The position numbers were made by a program, and so were the translations under genes. From NCBI GenBank assembly GCA_028534125.1, contig CM052817.1, positions 65,536,001 through 65,600,000 of the forward strand: DNA of 64,000 bases, written 5' to 3'. This document shows positions 11,546 through 25,029 of the stretch, in pieces. The stretch's first letter is position 1; every line of letters begins with the position of its first letter. This stretch comes from Lama glama (Eukaryota). The notes under the pieces were generated by a model. That model had not been told where the DNA came from. It did not search any database and saw only the letters and a program-made list of their open reading frames with translations.

Positions 11546-14500
11546 CATCTGGCCACGGGAAGGTAGCTCCATAGAAAGCCATGTGCCCCTGCTGCACCTG
11601 CTTTATGCTTTTGACAGGGTATGATATTAACAGGGTGAAAGTGATTAGATATACAGATGCTTTGTCCCTATGTACCTAGGATGAGGAAATAGACAAAACA
11701 TGACCCTTTTTTTTTATCAATAACAAGCATTCATTCTGTCATACACATACACAAACACACATATAAAATGTTTTCATATTAGACGTAAAGCTTTAAAGGA
11801 TGTTTCCAATCTTTTAAAACTATTTAAAATTGAAAAATAAAAATTGAGATTTACTCGGTGTGAAAAATTCTGCAGATAGGAACTTTCTCTTCTGATACGA
11901 CAGGAAAAGAATTAGTTCCTCTAACTACCACTGCTGAAAGTTTCATTGACCAGGATACAACTAACCACCAGTTCCACTCTACTGTATTATCTGTAAATTG
12001 CTTCTAGGTCTGATTTGATCTCATAATACACTATTGAGGAAGACAGTTTATTCTGAATCGTCTTCTCTCCACGGGACATGGTGAAGTAGCGTTTTTCCTC
12101 TCTTTATCTCCAGAATGACCAAAGACAAATTTAACAAGAAGACCTGCGCTTCATGGCTTTGCTTGTGCCAAGCCAGATAGTGCTGCTCTCGGGATGTTGT
12201 AAGAGAAACAGATGGCATCTTGTCCTGATTCCACCCTCCACCCACACACTCCAACTGAGAGCGCACAAGGGATACCATAGCACCAGTTTCCTATGTTATG
12301 AAAGGATGAAGCATTATTGGGTTTTAACAAAATAACTATTTTAATTGTAACAATTTCAAGAAATTGGAGAAGTCACTTTATGGCTAGAAATCAAGTATCA
12401 TATTTTCTCCTGTTTGCAAATGATCAAGTTATCGACTCCAATCTTCTTAGACTTGCTTTGTAATTACATTTCTAGGTAACTCACAAATGCTCTGTAAAAG
12501 TTAGAATTTCACTCATACGCATAATGAACAGCAACTTCCCTGGTGATCTTTTTCCCTACCTAGTCTATGTCTAAAGTCCACTGAAAATCCACTACTAAAG
12601 AAGATTGATCTTACTTTTTCTAGATCAATACAAACACTGAATGACAGTAACTTAAAATTAGAGCACTTGAGAACTGGAAGAACTTTAAAAAATATATTTT
12701 AATGTGATGGAATCCCCACATTTTATAGCTTAGAAAATGTATGAGCTTAATGTAGTTTCAAAAGATCATAGCACCAATTACTTAAAAGTTCCCTTGATCT
12801 CCAATTATATTTTAAAAATCTCTATTATATAAAAAACCTTTTTTGTTCCTCCTAATTCTCCTATTTGAGTATGTGGAATGCCCTTCTGACAGAGACAGTG
12901 CTGAAGTTTCCCTTCAAACTATATGAGAAAATGTTTATTTTGACAGTTTTAACCATAAACAGAATTTCAGAAGAAGGTCCTAAGTTCTTGAAGAGAATAG
13001 AAGGATGGTTTCTTTAGAAATATATAATTACAGTATATTCAAAATGCTGATTACAAAATTACTTTATAAGCCCTCAAAGTAACATTATTAGGTAATAATT
13101 TCATTATCTAGATCAATTGATCCATGGAATTCAATGTAAAGTAGATCATTTTGTATTTCAATAGCTTATAACATATTATTCCTACTATTTCACATTGTCT
13201 TCATGCAAGCCACCTTCTATATATGCCACCCCATGGTTTTATCTTGAAATGAAGTAGTTGTCAATTTTCACTTATCATTTGTGGATACTTAGGCCCTATG
13301 TATCCCAGCTTGTGATGAATATAGATCCACTTCTTATATTTGCATGTGATAGCAATGCATAAATTGGGGCATTATAAGTAGTGAGAAAGTCCTTTTCCAT
13401 GGTACTTTGTCAGGAATTGCTAGCATTGTAATTTTCGTTCAACATATACCTTGTACCTTGTCAGCAAAGGACTAGCAGTGAATTAGCAAAATTTAAGTTG
13501 AAAATTTCAACTTTCCCTCACACATTAAAAATAGACTAAAAAATATACATATATAACATAGTTCACTACAAATTTATATGCAAAAGTAAAATACATTTAT
13601 ATAGTAATATAATTTAAATAAATAAATAAAATACGGTACCACTTTCAAGATTTCCATCAAACACGAGCCTTCCTGAACAGCAAGGCACCAACTCCTTTTG
13701 GTTGTCAGCATCACATCAACACATCTTTATGTTAATGGTGATTCTTGTCTTTTGGCACAGCAAAGGTCACTTTGCTTCATTGCCAGCCAAATTAAATACA
13801 GTTAACTTTTCTCAATTAAAAGAAAACAACAGTTACTGTGTGATGATGTATTCTCGATGACTTCTATTTTCACTGATCAAAAATTGTTATATCTTAATGG
13901 AAATGTGTAAGTAACTTACTAGCCGATGAGTTATTTACCTCAATCAACATTTATTAAGCCTCGATTTCAATAGGAGCAAAGCAAAAATTAAAAATATGTT
14001 TTTCTGAGAGGAACTTAAGAGTTTATTTTGATACTCAAGCTATACATATATGAAACAACTATCAGGTTATGCTAAAGCATCGTATAAAAATTGATGCTAA
14101 TTAATACTATGCACAACTGGTTCTATACAATGTTAAGTGAAATCAAACAAGGTGATGTCTCTCTGTTTGTCTGGGATAATCAGAATCACCTTCTTGGTGG
14201 AACAGATTTCAAGAGGAAGAAGAGAACTGAGCACAACAAGGAAAGAAAAAATATTTCACGGAAGAAAAGGAAGAAAGATATTCAAATAGAAAGGGAAAGT
14301 CAACAGTGCCAACTAAAACAGAGGCTATGTAACCCCAGGTCTGAGAGGGTCATTGATGACATTAGACACTTAAAAGCAGAATTTTTGTGGAGAGGAAAAC
14401 AGGAAAATCCTATTTTCAATGAAAACATCAGAGCAAGTGGCAACTCTTGAAACAAGGATTTGAAATTTATTTTTGTTTTCAATTAAGGCTAACGAAAGAG

Positions 14501-15669
14501 TGAAGCAAGCACAAACGTTTTGAGAATGCTTACCTTTCCACCTAGGAATTTGGGGGATACGTTAGAGGAAAATCTCATCTCTCACAGAGAGGAAAATATG
14601 CAGAGAAGTGGGAGTTAGCTGTGCCCAAAAGAGGAATCTCCTCAGGTTGCCAGCCATCTGTGAGGTGGGGAGGGCGCGCCAGGCCTGGCGGGCTGGAGCA
14701 GGGACAGGTGTCTCAGCCACCTGGCCCCTCGGGGGAGGACAGGAAGCCAGCCTTACATCGGTGAGTTTCTTAAACAGAAAACAACAATATCTGCAAAATG
14801 AACCTGAGGCCCTGAGGTGTTTTGGCTGACAAACGGGCGGAGGCTCACAAGGCAAATTTCCTCCACTCACCCAGGTGTCAGGGTTGAAATTACGGGCCAT
14901 GCACGAATTTTTCCTTCACAAGATAACTGTGATTCTTTAAAAGTCATGTTCCATAATAAAGAGCTATTCGAGACTGTGGACTCTATTATAAGGTGGCTTT
15001 TTGTATACTGTCCCAAGTTTGAGGAGTTTCAGCTCTTTGAGGTATAAAAAGGCACAGGTTGTGTTTAATATTTTTGGAGGTGGCAACAGCAGGGGAAAGG
15101 CGCAGCCCGGCCGTGCCCCTGGGCTGTCAGTCGGCCACCCCGAGACCCCTCCTACCAGGCTCTGCCCTGACCCCAGACAGGAGCTGTGGCTCTGCAGCTC
15201 AAAATGCATCTTCCAGGGAAACGAGATGGCACCAGCAAACTTTACAAGCAAGTCTCTTGGGGCTTATCTCAGCAAGGGGATCAATTTGGGGGCCCTCTCA
15301 GTCCCGGGGGGAAATAGCCAGCCCTGTTCTGCCCCTTCCCTGGGTTTATGAAGGGCTTTCTAAGATACGATTTTTTTTTTCAGTATCTTTTTCATTATGT
15401 TTGTTAGTTGTTCTAGATTTAGGGCAATGCTACAACTTTTTTTTTTACTTTCTTGTTCTGAGGTAAAGCAACAGTGATATGGTAAATGTATTATTATTTG
15501 GTTTCATTTTTAAAGCAAAATCACCAATTACCTTACCTTGATCATATCAGAGAACTATTTTTCCCTCTTTATTTTATTTGCATCAAATTAGTTTTTAGTG
15601 TATATTTAGTGTTCCCTGTGAATGCAAGAAAAGACACTAAATAAATGAAAAATTACCTTGGTAAGGAAT

Positions 15670-15830
15670 AAAGCAGGGACAGTGTAGTGTAGGGAGTAGG
15701 TGACCACATGACTTACCAGCTATGTGACCTTACGCAAATCATTTAATCTCTTTAGCTTCTGTTTTTAATATCATAGAAACATAACCTATAGAGTTTCTGT
15801 GCAGAACAAAACATTAATACATATAAAAGG
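15670..15830 (+). mobile_element. MIR SINE fragment
   Basis: acttaccagctatgtgaccttacgcaaatcatttaatctct... MIR core. Confidence 0.65.
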
Positions 15831-15876
15831 TGGGGGTGTAGCTAACATCTGGGTTACACTAGAATTTATCCTGATT

Positions 15877-17408
15877 AAAAACTACAGTAATCAAAACAGC
15901 ATGGTATTGGTACAAAAATAGACATATGGATCAATGGAACAGAATAGAGAGCCCAGAAATAAACCCACAAATGTCTGGTCAATTAATTTTTACCAAAGGA
16001 GGCAAAAACATACAATGGAGTAAAGACAGTCTCTTCAGCAAATGGTTTTGGGAAAACTGGACAGCAGCATGTAAATCAGTGAAGTTAGAACACTCCCTCA
16101 CACCTTATACAAAAATAAACTCAAAATGGCTTAAACATTTAAACATAACACAAGACAATATAAATCTCTTAGAAGAAAACATAGACAAAACATTATCTGA
16201 CATAAATCTCAGCAATATTTTCCTAGGGCAGACTACCCAGGCAATAGAAATAAGAGCAAAAATAAACATATGGGACCCAATTAAACTTATAAGATTTTGC
16301 ACAGCAAAGGAAACCATAAGCAAAACAAAAAGACAACCTACGGAATAGGAGGAAATATTTGCAAAAGATGAGACTGACAAGGGCTTAATTTCCAGAATAT
16401 ATAAACAGCTCATACAACTTAATAAGAAAAAAACAAACAACCCAATCCAAAAATGGGCAGAAGACCTAAATTAGCAATTCTCCAGTGAAGACATGCAAAT
16501 GGCCAATAGGCACATAAAAAAAAACGTTCAATATTGATAATTATCAGAGAAATGCAAATCAAAACTATAATGAGGCATCACCTCACACCAGTCAGAATGG
16601 CCATCATTTAAAAGTCCATGAACGATAAATACTGGAGAGGGTGTGAAGAAAAGGGAACCCTCCTACACTTCTGGTGGGAATGTAGTTTGGTGCAGTCATT
16701 ATGGAAAACAGTATGGAGATTCCTCAAAAAGCTAAAAATAGACTTACTATGTGATCCAGCAATCCCACTCCTAGGCATAAATCCAGAGAGAACCTTAATT
16801 CAAAAAGATACATGCACCCCAATGTACATAGCAGCAATATTTACAATAGTCAAAACATGGAAACAATCTAAATGTCCATCAACAAATGACTGAATAAGTA
16901 AATTGTGGTATATTTATACAATGGAATACTACTCAGCCATAAAAATAATAAAATAATGTCATTTGCAGCAACAAGGACGGGCTTGGAGACTGTCATTCTA
17001 AGTAAAGCAAACCAGAAAGAGAAAGAAAAATACCATATGATATCACTTATATATGGATCTTAAAAAAAAAAGACAAAAGAACTTATTTACAAAATAGAAA
17101 CAGATTCACAGGCATAGAAAGCAAATTTATGGTTACCAGGGGGAAGGGGGTGGAAAGGGATAAATTGGGAGTTTGAGATTTGCAGATACTAACTAATATA
17201 TATAAAATAGAAAAACAACACACTCATACTGCATAGCACAGGGAACTATATTCAATATCTTGTAGTAATTTATGGTAAAAAAGAATATGAAAACAAATAT
17301 ATGAATGTTCATGTATGACTGAAGCATTATGCTGTATACCAGAAATTGACACAACATTGTAAACTAACTATACTTTAATAAAAAACATATATACAAAAAA
17401 ACTTCAGT
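15877..17408 (+). mobile_element. 5'-truncated lineage-specific LINE-1 (ORF2 C-terminus and 3'UTR, cetartiodactyl type) with TSD
   Basis: ORFs 15926-16348 ([13 protein letters not shown]...) and 16618-16893 ([17 protein letters not shown]...) are L1 ORF2. AATAAA and A-tail at about 17377-17401; flanking AAAAACT(A/T)CAGT at 15877-15888 and 17397-17408. Confidence 0.95.
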
Positions 17409-20400
17409 GACATGAAATACATTTTAGAATTCTACCATCGGGTTAGACAAATTTATGTTTCTTATTTATATTGCCCCTAAATACTTAACTATTTACAGAG
17501 CCATGCCCAACATAGTCTGCAGGTTCAAGCTACTGAAGTCTTTCTGGAAAAAACAAGCTTTTCCCTAAATCATAACCTGATTGTCCCAATTCTGTCCTGA
17601 CTTTGACAATCACTTTACCAGATTTTATCAATTATTTTTAGTATTCTCTTTTTCTAATATTTTCATACCATTCTTTTCAAGAAATTATAATAACACAACA
17701 GAAAGATTGCAGGATAGAATAAATAAAACTTGTAAGTTAATTTCATGTAGTAGAAGAAAACAGTTTTACATGTTGCATAGACTCAATTTGTAAAAAGTGT
17801 TAAATATTTAGCAGTATTCTGTTTTCTCCATTAGTGGGTGCAATTATTATCTTGCTGGAAAGGGAGTTCACAATTTTCATATAAGTGATGTCTTTATCTT
17901 CAAAAAATTGGGGGACCACTTCCTTCTGGATTTTAGTATATCAATCAAAGTACAGTTTTGTTAATTTGACTGATGGCTTTGTGTAGCATCACAAACTGAG
18001 CCAGAATTTGATATCTTGTCTGATTCACTCTCTGCAAATAGTCAGGGACAGTCTTTAAACACCCATGACTCATAATTTTTAATTGGAAACAAACAAGCAA
18101 AGACTTACAGAGCAGGGGATTTATAGCCCCTTATTTCTAATATGTGCCAATTCTAAATGCTAGAACAAAAGCATACCTTTTCTTCCTGTGAATGTTTCTC
18201 CAGTTTCTCCACAATGGAGATGGAAAAACTGCTCTGAACCACATGCCCAGTAGGAGTTTCTCATGTATTTATGTAAGAACAGAGAAGTCATGGTGTCTAC
18301 TTTCTGATGTTGAAGACTTGCTTTTATATGGTGGATTTTCCAAATTTAAAATATTTTGAACATTCCTTTAGGATGCCATCAAAGGAGTCACTTGTGGTGG
18401 GTTAATTAAATCTAACACGTTTAAAAATAACTCTGCATGTTGTGGGACAGATGCAGCCTTTGGAAAAAGAAAGAGCTTACACTGAACATTGCAACAGATT
18501 TTTGTTATTTAATAGTAGGCAACAGACACGTTTACAGAATATGTTTTTAAAGCCTGATTGGGAAATATCTGTTCTGTTGACAAGGGAAGAAATCAGGAAA
18601 GCCCATATTTAAAGAGAAGGAGAATAAGAAGGAAACCGTGTATGTTTGCTTCTCAGTTGACTCAAATTAGTCTCATTATTTAAAAGTAGTGCCCTCTTGT
18701 ATAGTATTGTTCAATTTTAACTAGAAGAATGAACAACTCCAAAATCCCTTCCCAAACACCAAGATGAACACTAGGATGGAAAATTTGTTCTTATCTAAGA
18801 AGAAATGGTCAAGTGCACACTTACAAGAGGTGATTTTGGGAATTCAAAAGGATGTCCAAAACTGTAAGAAATGTAAGAGAAAGATGCAAAGAGAACTGAA
18901 CTGCTCTGCTGAAGAAAATAGAAGAGTTTTGTTATTTTTCACCCTTGAGATTGTGAGACCAGAAGATGTGGAGAACAGGAGAGAGAATAGGCCGAGAAAG
19001 CAGGTAAAGCATCCAAAAGACCCAAGAACAGGGATGTCTAAAATTCATCTTTACCTTTGCACCGCCCTGTTGTGAAACCTTCCTCCCTTCAGCGAAGTCA
19101 GCTGTCCACACGAAGCCTGCAACTACCCAGCAAGGCTTTAGTTAAGTGGGTCTTTCTGAGCTTGAATGAAAGAAAGGGAAACTCCATTTTGGTTGTTGCC
19201 AGTCAAAGTTAAAGAAACTGTCCCCGGAAACCAAAGGGAGTACAAGATTTGATGGATGCAGGAAGCTGGAAAGAAAGGTGAACGCAAGGACTTAATCCTC
19301 CCTCCATCAGAAAGGATTTGAGGAAATGTGGGGCATTGGGCTTTTTTCCAGAGCAGAGAGTAAATCTTCAGTCTGAACATATTTTTATGCTAAAGGTGGA
19401 GATAACCAGGTGCTATCTGAGTTATATAAAATTACTTTCTTATTTTATTAAGTGCTGTTTACTAGATTCCGAATCAAATTTGCTGAGTCATGAGTATGTG
19501 TTTGCTGCAGAAGATAACTGCAGATTTGTTTTATAGCAAATCATTCTAGAGTTGGCTATAAATTGTTTTCTTCACAGACATGGCGGGATGAATAATCAGA
19601 ACAAACGGACTGGAGCTATAGCATAAGCACTTCAGTGCAGCAGCAATAATTATTTAAATTTGAGGTATCACCAGTATTAAGTAATAAAACATTTTCTAAA
19701 TGTGAAAGCTACCATTAGATCACAGTTGACATTTATTTGTAAACTGATATTTTCTGGGTTTGAAGATGAATTCCTGCCAGAACAACTAAATTTACTTTTC
19801 TAACAGAGATATTAATAAGAGAAAATTAATAGGTGTAATCTCTCATTATTATCAATATATAATTCATTTTTTAACCCAGAATGCCTAAGTAATATGGTGC
19901 TCTGCATAACTAAGCACTTTTATTAGTTCAGGCTCATTATGTAAAATATACCAGAATAATCAATTTTCAAGCAAATCTCTAGATAGCATTAACATTCATC
20001 TGTGTATCTCCCACTACTTGATAATAGACACTTATTAACTGTTTATTATATGCTAAACATAAAACATAATTAAGTTTTTTCCTGAATAGCCAGAATCTTC
20101 AAAATATTATAATTAATCTATCATTTTAAATAGAATTACCACTGGCTAAAAATAGAATGTAAATAGAATGTTTACATTGAACATATGATCTACTGTTGAA
20201 ACTTCATATTGAAATAAAATTTCTGAGTTTCAATTTTTTGGTGAATCATTATTCTTCATGCTTTATTACTGTTTGTAAAGATAGTTCTGCTCTTTTGTGA
20301 ACTCAGTGTTAAATGCTGGATAAACCTGAATTTATGGAGGGTTTTTTTTGTTTTTTGGGGGTTTTTTTGGTGTAGGGTCACTTTAAAATCTGGGAAGAAT

Positions 20401-21401
20401 TCAAGGGATATTTTCTATTTTCCTGGCACTTTTCTTATCCCTAGTGAGACTTCTGTAACATTTGAAAGCATTATACTTCCTATTCTCCTAGGTGAGAAAA
20501 GTTGAAGTGAAATATATTTGCTAAATTCAGAAAAGTCCCTTATCAACTATCAAAGTGTCCTCAAAACTCTTGTCCATTTTAATAGACACCCAGTGAGGGA
20601 AAAAAAAAAGTTGACAGAAGGGACTGCCATACTGTAACAGTCTCCTAAGGTTTAATCTCTAGGAATGTGTGTCCAAACTTTCATTTATTCCTGTACCACT
20701 TTTATAGTTGATTCACATTCTTTACTCCACCTACTATTAGTTCCTTACTCTTTTACTTAAAACCAAATTTATTTATTAAAAATAAATTCATTTTTTAAAA
20801 AAATTATAATACTATCCCAAAAAGAAAGTAAGATCACTGGTCAGTAATTGAATTAACCATAAAAATAAATACTGGGGCAAAAGTCATATTCTATAGAGAT
20901 GAACTATGATGGCTCCATGCTTGAGTCCTACTTTCTCAGTGTTGAAAAATGAAATTAGTGTGTGTTAGGGCATAGTAAAGACATAACACCAAACATACAC
21001 TTAGATCGCTGTAAGTATCACAGAGATTTGAGTCAGTGCTGTTTAATTCCATTTATGCCTACAATGATCTCAGGTACCACCAGCTGTACCTATCACACAG
21101 CCCGGAAATACTGCTCTGGGTGAAAGCCTTTTAAGGCCACCCAGCAGGTCTTAAAGTGCCTTCTAATGCACTGAATTTTAGCTTCTCCACATGGCAGAAG
21201 GTCAGCCCCGACTCCATTTTTATTTTTCCTTTCTTATCTCACACCATCACACATTATTCCCATCTTTCTTTAAGAATCAAGGTTAAAGGAGCCCAATGCT
21301 CAGCATTGTTTAAGGGACTGGTAATAGAGGTAGAAAGTAAGGGCTGGGTAGGTGATCAGTAATTATTCGATGTCTCAGATACGTAAGTGGAGAAAATGCT
21401 A

Positions 21402-21616
21402 TAGTTGATCCTTGAACAATGCGGGGATCAGGAGTATGCAGTCTGCACATAAGTTATAGTCTGTCTTCCTTATCTGTGGTTCCTCTGTATTTGAGGTTCC
21501 ACATCCATAGAGTCAACCAACCTCCACTTGTATAATACTGTAGTATTTATTATTAAAAAAATCCACATAGAAGTGCATCTGCACAGTTCACACTCATGTT
21601 GTTCAAGGATCAACTG
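21402..21616 (+). mobile_element. Tigger2-family MITE (MER8-like)
   Basis: TIRs tAGTTGATCCTTGAACAA...TTGTTCAAGGATCAACTG flanked by TA on both sides; similar to 9144-9361. Confidence 0.85.
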
Positions 21617-22907
21617 TACATAAAAAAGGATCCCCAGGGCCTACAATAATCCCACTAGAATCCAAATCAGGTTTTTAAAGGACAGTGTGTTGAACCGCAT
21701 TTTTAATATCTTGGGTAATAGTAAGGAAATGTACAGTATAAAAATAATTAGATAAATTATTATTCATTTACAGGATAAAGTTTAATAGAAACAAATATAA
21801 AGTGAACAACAAAAGAGCAAAAACAAAAAATGTACAAAGTTAGTAAAATAGTATAGGAACAGATACACATCAGGCAGACATAAAGGCAGAGGAAACCCCA
21901 AGCAAGGAATGAATAATTAATGATATTTTACCTTAAAATTATACTTGCATAAGGCACTGCATGATGAGATCATTCCGTACAACTAAGAAGCAACTATTGC
22001 TACTTTGCTCCACAGCAGTTAGATTCTTATTACAACATGAATCAGTTTCCATCTCTGCAGTTTAAACAAGTAGAAGCAAAATTGTCAAAGAACAGAAACT
22101 AATATGAGTAAAGAGGAAAATTAGATTCCAGGAAAAGAAAAAGGAGTTGGAATGATTTACTGTTTAATCTGAGGAAACAATATCTGAAACTAACTTAATC
22201 CTTTCCACATTTTTCTATAATATTGTTTGTCTTTTTTAATTTCCCAATATGTGAATGAAAGTTAAAGGAATTTCACCTTAAAATTTCAGTTTCACAAGAT
22301 GATGAAAATCAGTAATTATTTTACTAATATTCAGAGAAACTAAATGGATGAATATAGTTCATTAACAAATTAATTCTCAGGGAAGCACATCAAGACATGT
22401 AAATGACAACTATAAGCCAAATTAATTAGTAAAATATATCTGCCGTGAAAATAACATGATACCTTCCATAACTACAGTGTATAACTTTTTAATTATTTAT
22501 GTTGGAAGAATAGAAAAAGACTGTATGCTTATAAAATGTAGCAGTAGTAGTAGTAGTAGTGGTAGTGGTAATAAAGTATTACAAAAAAAGTAATAGAGCA
22601 TCATTTTAATTCTACCTGCACCAGTTCCTCAATGGTAAATTAAAGCTCTGAACCTTATAAATTTAATAGGCAAGGCATATGATCGTAAAGATGTTTTTGG
22701 CCTTCGGGTGCCTGTGAATAATGGATCAATTAAATAAATTCAGCCAGTATTAACGGAACATCTTCTATGGATATAACTTGACACAAAAGAATTTACCTTG
22801 CAATCTAGAAAAACTCCTTTGATACAGGGTGTTCTTTCTTCTCACCTTGATATCAATCAAATTTGTGTCAAAAACTTGATGTATTACAAATTTTATTGAT
22901 GACACCT

Positions 22908-23320
22908 GAATTAGTTATCTATTGCTACACAATAAATTATTCCTAAGCACTTGTCTTAAAACAATAACCATTTATTATCTCTCAGGGTTTCTGCAACCAG
23001 CTCAAGGCTTGATGGTCTGGAAGATCCGTTTACAAGGTGGCCACTCTCATTGCTGGCAAGTTGGTGCTGGCTGTTGATGGCTAGTCCTGTTTTTCTCCAC
23101 TGGGTCTCTCTGCCTGAATGTTCTTACAACAAAACACAATGGCTGGCTTCCCCCAGAGAAAGCAATCTAGAGACCTGGGTAGAAGCCATATGTCTTTTAC
23201 TACCTATCCTTGGAAATCACACATCACTTGCATTGACTTCCAAGACTCACACAATTCAGTCCTAAGTGAATGTGAGACTGGTCCATCCAAATGCTTGACT
23301 ACCAAGAGGCAAGGACCCTC
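22908..23320 (-). mobile_element. MaLR LTR (MLT1-type)
   Basis: Begins ttagttatctattgctacacaataaatta...ttaaaacaataaccatttattatctctca, the reverse of the MLT1 3' end. Confidence 0.75.
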
Positions 23321-25029
23321 CCTCTTTTTTATTTAATAAAACTTTTATAGAACATGGATATTTTTTAAAGCTCAATTGAAGTTGTACTATCTGCATGAAG
23401 CCTTATTTATTAGTTCTATGATGACCGTCCTCCCTTCAAAATTTCTAAATGTACAATTCTTAAATCACACACCTGAACACTTAATGAGTCCTTTTCATTC
23501 ATCTAATAGACAACGACTGAATGCCTATTGTGTTCTAGGGCTGTGCTAGGTGATGGCATAACATCAATTATTTATTTCCCTTATCAATCCAAAGAACCAA
23601 AGAATTCACTTATGTATCTTATATACATGATGCTAATATTTAATATATATTTTGCAAGTATATTCTTCCAGTTGTTAAATGTAAGTTTTTTTTAATGTCC
23701 CCAAGTGTGCATTTTGTATGCAGAAAAGGTTTTGCAGAGGCTAATTTGGTTTTGGAAGTTAATATTCAGTTTTTTTTTAACTCAGAATAAAAAGTCTATT
23801 TATATCTTAAACTTTTAAGTTCAATTTACAAATGTTATTAATCTATTTATTAATACAGCAAATTTAGCAATCACTTTAGGGTCTCTTTAACATTTAATTC
23901 CATTTATGTATTTGGTTAAACTCCCTTAAGTATTTAAAACTCTATTCATAAATTGAAAATAGTAACCATATATCTGTCTACCTACATTTGAGGGTTTTTG
24001 TAGAGGTAACATATGTAACAGTACTTTGCAAAATCTCAATTAATAAACAAATATGGCATTATTGTGGTTAAGTTATAATATCAGATGTGCTACAATGTTG
24101 AAATGGTTTTATAGAAAACAAAGCACATAGCTTTGCTCCTAAGAACTTTTAATAAATGTTTGATCAGTTTTTAAAAATAGTTAAAAAAATTTTAAGTGCT
24201 TCTCTTACCCTGAGTCAGATGGAGATAGAAGAAAGCTGAATTTAAATAAAACTAAAGCCTGAAGGAGAATTAAACATTGTTCCATCTCACGACAGCCTGT
24301 CTGAAACACCAAGAAGCATACAAAGCTATAACTGCAATGTACCCTTCAGAAGACAGGTCCTCATAGAGAGGACATGGTGGAGACTGGAGATCTTGGGGTA
24401 CACTGACATCAGGGTCAGCCTTCAGTCTAAAGGGAGAGATTTACAGATCATCTACTGAATATTAAATTAAATACGATGAATGCCTCTGACTACCTAATAA
24501 TTCCAGGTACAAACATCTTACAGAAAGCTGATTCAACGCAAGAGGACAAACATGAACAAAGACTAGTCTTATGTGGAAGGCCTTTGACTCTAAAGAGTAA
24601 AGGTGAATGTAACGTTCAATTCAAGAGAATAAGAGAATAAGATTGAGAGGAAATCGATAAGAACAAAACTAAAACTTAAATGCACACAGTGTGTCTTCCC
24701 TATTCATAAGGGATTTGTTCCAGACCTGTACGGGAAATGGAGAACCCACAAATAGTGTATGATTAATGACAACAGAGATTTATTTGCTAAAACAAGATTG
24801 TTCCTGTCACAAAATGCTGCAGAAGGCTTCTGACATTTCTCTCCATAGCCTTCTTTTCTTGGTATTTCTTAAAGTTTTCTGATTGAATACATTCAGCCTG
24901 TGTTGTGTACTAATCACTCTTAAGACTTTGAAGAGTCTTCTTTGTAGATTAAGATACCCTATTTCCCTTTAAATAGATCCCAGCTTCAGTTTTAAATTTC
25001 TTAAGCTCAGGATCTTCATTTTATTCATT

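Noticed and set aside
13640..13810. Exon-like minus-strand segment in intron 1
   Set aside because: Weak splice sites and stop codons in the frames examined; not mucin-like.
24209..24426. Minus-strand exon-like segment (tttag| ... |gtaaga) with ATG at 24285 giving hydrophobic MEQCLILLQALVLFKFSFLLSPSDS, like an alternative signal-peptide exon
   Set aside because: Ends in phase 2, incompatible with the phase-1 EMCN exon 2 acceptor; no recognisable homology; hydrophobicity is explained by T-rich sequence.
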